Origin: Gemmatimonadota bacterium
GTDB lineage: Bacteria; Gemmatimonadota; Gemmatimonadetes; Gemmatimonadales; GWC2-71-9
Assembly (NCBI GenBank): GCA_041487875.1
Contig: JBGPOE010000003.1
Location: 12,398-76,397 of the forward strand
Length of the DNA: 64,000 bases
Direction of reading: 5' to 3'
Both the position numbers and the translations under genes were made by a program. Shown here piece after piece: positions 62,058 through 64,000 of this stretch; the stretch's first letter is position 1; the number at the start of each line of letters is the position of its first letter. The notes under the pieces were generated by a model. The model was given only the letters and a program-made list of their open reading frames with translations, made no database searches and was not told where the DNA came from.

Positions 62058-63545
62058 ATGTACCAGCACTGGGTCCTGACCGCGCTGCTCGTGTGGCCCG
62101 TCGTGGCGGCGGGTGTCGTGCTGCTCGCGCCGGAACACTGGGCCAAGCACCTGGCGCTGGTCGCGACGGTGGCGGAATTCGCGCTGTCGGTGCCGCTGTG
62201 GTGGACGTTCGCGCCGGACGGCGGCTTCCAGTTTGTGCAGCAAACACTATGGGTGCCGGCCTGGGGCATCAGTTACGCCGTGGGCGTGGACGGCATTTCC
62301 CTGTTCCTCGTCCTGCTCACGACCTTCCTGATGCCGCTGTCGGTGCTCGGCAGCTACAACTACATCACCAAGAAGGAGCGCGGCTATTACGCGCTGCTCC
62401 TGACGCTCACGTCGGGCATGATCGGCGTGTTCGTGGCGCTCGATCTGTTCTTCTTCTATGTGATGTGGGAAGTGATGCTCATCCCGATGTACTTCATCAT
62501 CGGTGTGTGGGGCGGCGAGAACCGCCTCTACGCGGCGATCAAGTTCTTCATCTATACCATGTTCGGCTCGCTGCTGATGCTGGTGGCGATCCTGGCGCTG
62601 TACCTCACCGTCGGCAGTCGCACGGGCGTCTACTCGTTCGGGTATGACCACCTCCTGGCGAACATCGGCACGCTCGGCTCCGTCGCGTGGTGGTACTTCG
62701 CGGCGTTCGCGCTCGCGTTCGCCATCAAGGTGCCGATTTTCCCGTTCCACACCTGGCTGCCGGACGCTCACGTCGAGGCGCCGACCGCGGGCTCGGTGAT
62801 CCTCGCCGGCATCCTCCTGAAGATGGGGACCTACGGCTTTCTGCGGTTCGCGCTGCCGTTCTTCCCCGGCGTGGCGCTGCATCCCGTGGTCCAAACGGTG
62901 ATGGTCACGCTCGCCCTCGTGGGCATCATCTACGGCGGTCTCGTGGCGATGGTGCAGCCCGACTTCAAGAAGTTGATCGCGTATTCGTCGGTGGCGCATC
63001 TGGGCTTCGTGATGCTCGGTATCTGGGCGCTGACCGTACAGAGCGTGCAGGGCGCGCTGCTCGTGATGATCAACCACGGGCTCTCGACGGGCGCGTTGTT
63101 CTTCCTGGTAGGCATGCTGTACGAGCGGCGCCACAGCCGCCTGATCGACGCGTACGGCGGCATCGCGCGCGTGGTCCCGCTGCTCGCCGCCGTGCTCACG
63201 ATCGTATCGCTGTCGTCGATCGGCTTGCCCGGCACCAACGGGTTCGTGGGAGAGTTCCTCGTCCTGGTCGGGTCGTTCCAGACCTATCCCGTCGCCACGG
63301 CCATTGCCACGACGGGCGTGATCATCGCCGCGGCGTACCTGTTGTGGGCGCTGCAGCGCATCATCTACAATCCGCTCGACAAGCACGAGAACGAGAAGCT
63401 GCGCGATCTCACCCCACGCGAGCTGGCGGTGCTGATCCCGCTGCTCGCGGGGATCCTGTGGATCGGCGTCTACCCGCAGCCGATCCTGCGGCGCATGGAG
63501 CCCGCGGCCCGCCACTTCATCGAGCTCGTGAAACCCGGCAAATGA
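62058..63545 (+). CDS. nuoM: NADH-quinone oxidoreductase subunit M
   Basis: ORF 62058..63545. FFFYVMWEVMLIPMYFIIGVWG, FPFHTWLPDAHVEAPTAGSVILAGILLKMG. Confidence 0.95.
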   Translation: MYQHWVLTALLVWPVVAAGVVLLAPEHWAKHLALVATVAEFALSVPLWWTFAPDGGFQFVQQTLWVPAWGISYAVGVDGISLFLVLLTTFLMPLSVLGSYNYITKKERGYYALLLTLTSGMIGVFVALDLFFFYVMWEVMLIPMYFIIGVWGGENRLYAAIKFFIYTMFGSLLMLVAILALYLTVGSRTGVYSFGYDHLLANIGTLGSVAWWYFAAFALAFAIKVPIFPFHTWLPDAHVEAPTAGSVILAGILLKMGTYGFLRFALPFFPGVALHPVVQTVMVTLALVGIIYGGLVAMVQPDFKKLIAYSSVAHLGFVMLGIWALTVQSVQGALLVMINHGLSTGALFFLVGMLYERRHSRLIDAYGGIARVVPLLAAVLTIVSLSSIGLPGTNGFVGEFLVLVGSFQTYPVATAIATTGVIIAAAYLLWALQRIIYNPLDKHENEKLRDLTPRELAVLIPLLAGILWIGVYPQPILRRMEPAARHFIELVKPGK

Positions 63546-64000
63546 GTCTCGATCTCTCGCTCTCGCGCGACATGCTGACGGCGCTGCTGCCGGAGCTCGT
63601 GCTCACCGGCTGGGCGCTGGTGCTGCTCTGTGTCGTGGCGTGGCGCCACCGCACCGTCGCGGACCTGCGCCTCGCGGGCTGGATCACCCTCGCCGGTCTC
63701 GCATCCGCCGGCGCCGCCGCCTGGTGGCTGTGGTGGAATGCGGCGCACGCCGAGGGGCTGTCGCCGATGATCGCGGCGGATGATTTCCGCTACGTCACCG
63801 CGGGCCTGTTCCTCGGCGCCGCGGCGCTGACCGTGTTGTTTTCCTTCGATTACCTCGAGCGCGAGCAGCTCCTGGCACCCGAATACTTCGTCCTCGTCGT
63901 GTTCGCCACGCTCGGCATGATGCTGATGGGCGGCGGCGAGGACTTGATGGTCATCTTCCTGGGCCTCGAGCTGATGTCGGTGAGCGTGTACGTCCTGGCG
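63542..64000 (+). CDS. nuoN: NADH-quinone oxidoreductase subunit N, 5' part (runs off window)
   Basis: Not in the ORF track (open-ended). ATG 63542 forms an ATGA overlap with the nuoM stop. My translation MSLDLSLSRDMLTALLPELVLTGWALVLL...EYFVLVVFATLGMMLMGGGEDLMVIFLGLELMSVSVYVLA is typical of NuoN. Confidence 0.85.
   Translation, partial: MSLDLSLSRDMLTALLPELVLTGWALVLLCVVAWRHRTVADLRLAGWITLAGLASAGAAAWWLWWNAAHAEGLSPMIAADDFRYVTAGLFLGAAALTVLFSFDYLEREQLLAPEYFVLVVFATLGMMLMGGGEDLMVIFLGLELMSVSVYVLA

Overview
Very GC-rich, gene-dense window with almost no non-coding DNA. It looks like a chromosomal core region of a diderm bacterium: it encodes outer-membrane beta-barrels, and the signal peptides end in AQ. 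The style fits Gemmatimonadota or a similar high-GC lineage, but I cannot verify taxonomy without a database.

About 70 protein genes and one tRNA-Leu(CAA) are supportable. I saw no rRNA, CRISPR array, transposase, integrase or prophage genes.

Recognisable content:
- A minus-strand acyl-CoA catabolic operon (1-7336).
- An ECF sigma envelope-stress cluster (7384-9561).
- gltA-icd-pepA.
- A roughly 14-kb co-directional housekeeping array running yicC-gmk-rpoZ-coaBC-udg-dnaB-radA-ispD-tsaC-ptp-aroE-comF-gap-pgk-tpiA-secG-carA.
- An HU/IHF gene, moaDEA, mdh, sdhCAB and ndh.
- Three secreted metallopeptidases, plus dcd.
- A complete nuoA-N operon, which runs off the right edge.

Most long ORFs antisense to or out of frame with these genes are high-GC artefacts.

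Items worth a second look:
1. A four-gene His/Met-rich envelope module: a small His-rich protein, a porin, a membrane protein and an FMN-bind-like protein.
2. A lone, short PaaA/BoxB-type di-iron oxygenase embedded in a Paa/Box-like lower-pathway operon.
3. A dispersed family of four-unit heptanucleotide arrays (GGGAAnn and relatives). Copies sit in an intercistronic spacer, inside three coding regions (one as an in-frame 63-nt palindrome in comF) and at the nuoF/nuoG junction.
4. Two sets of tandem paralogues of unknown function: PspB-like membrane proteins and zinc-ribbon proteins.
5. A carA gene with no canonical start codon.

All family assignments come from motif recognition by eye and from memory. 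None has been checked against databases.
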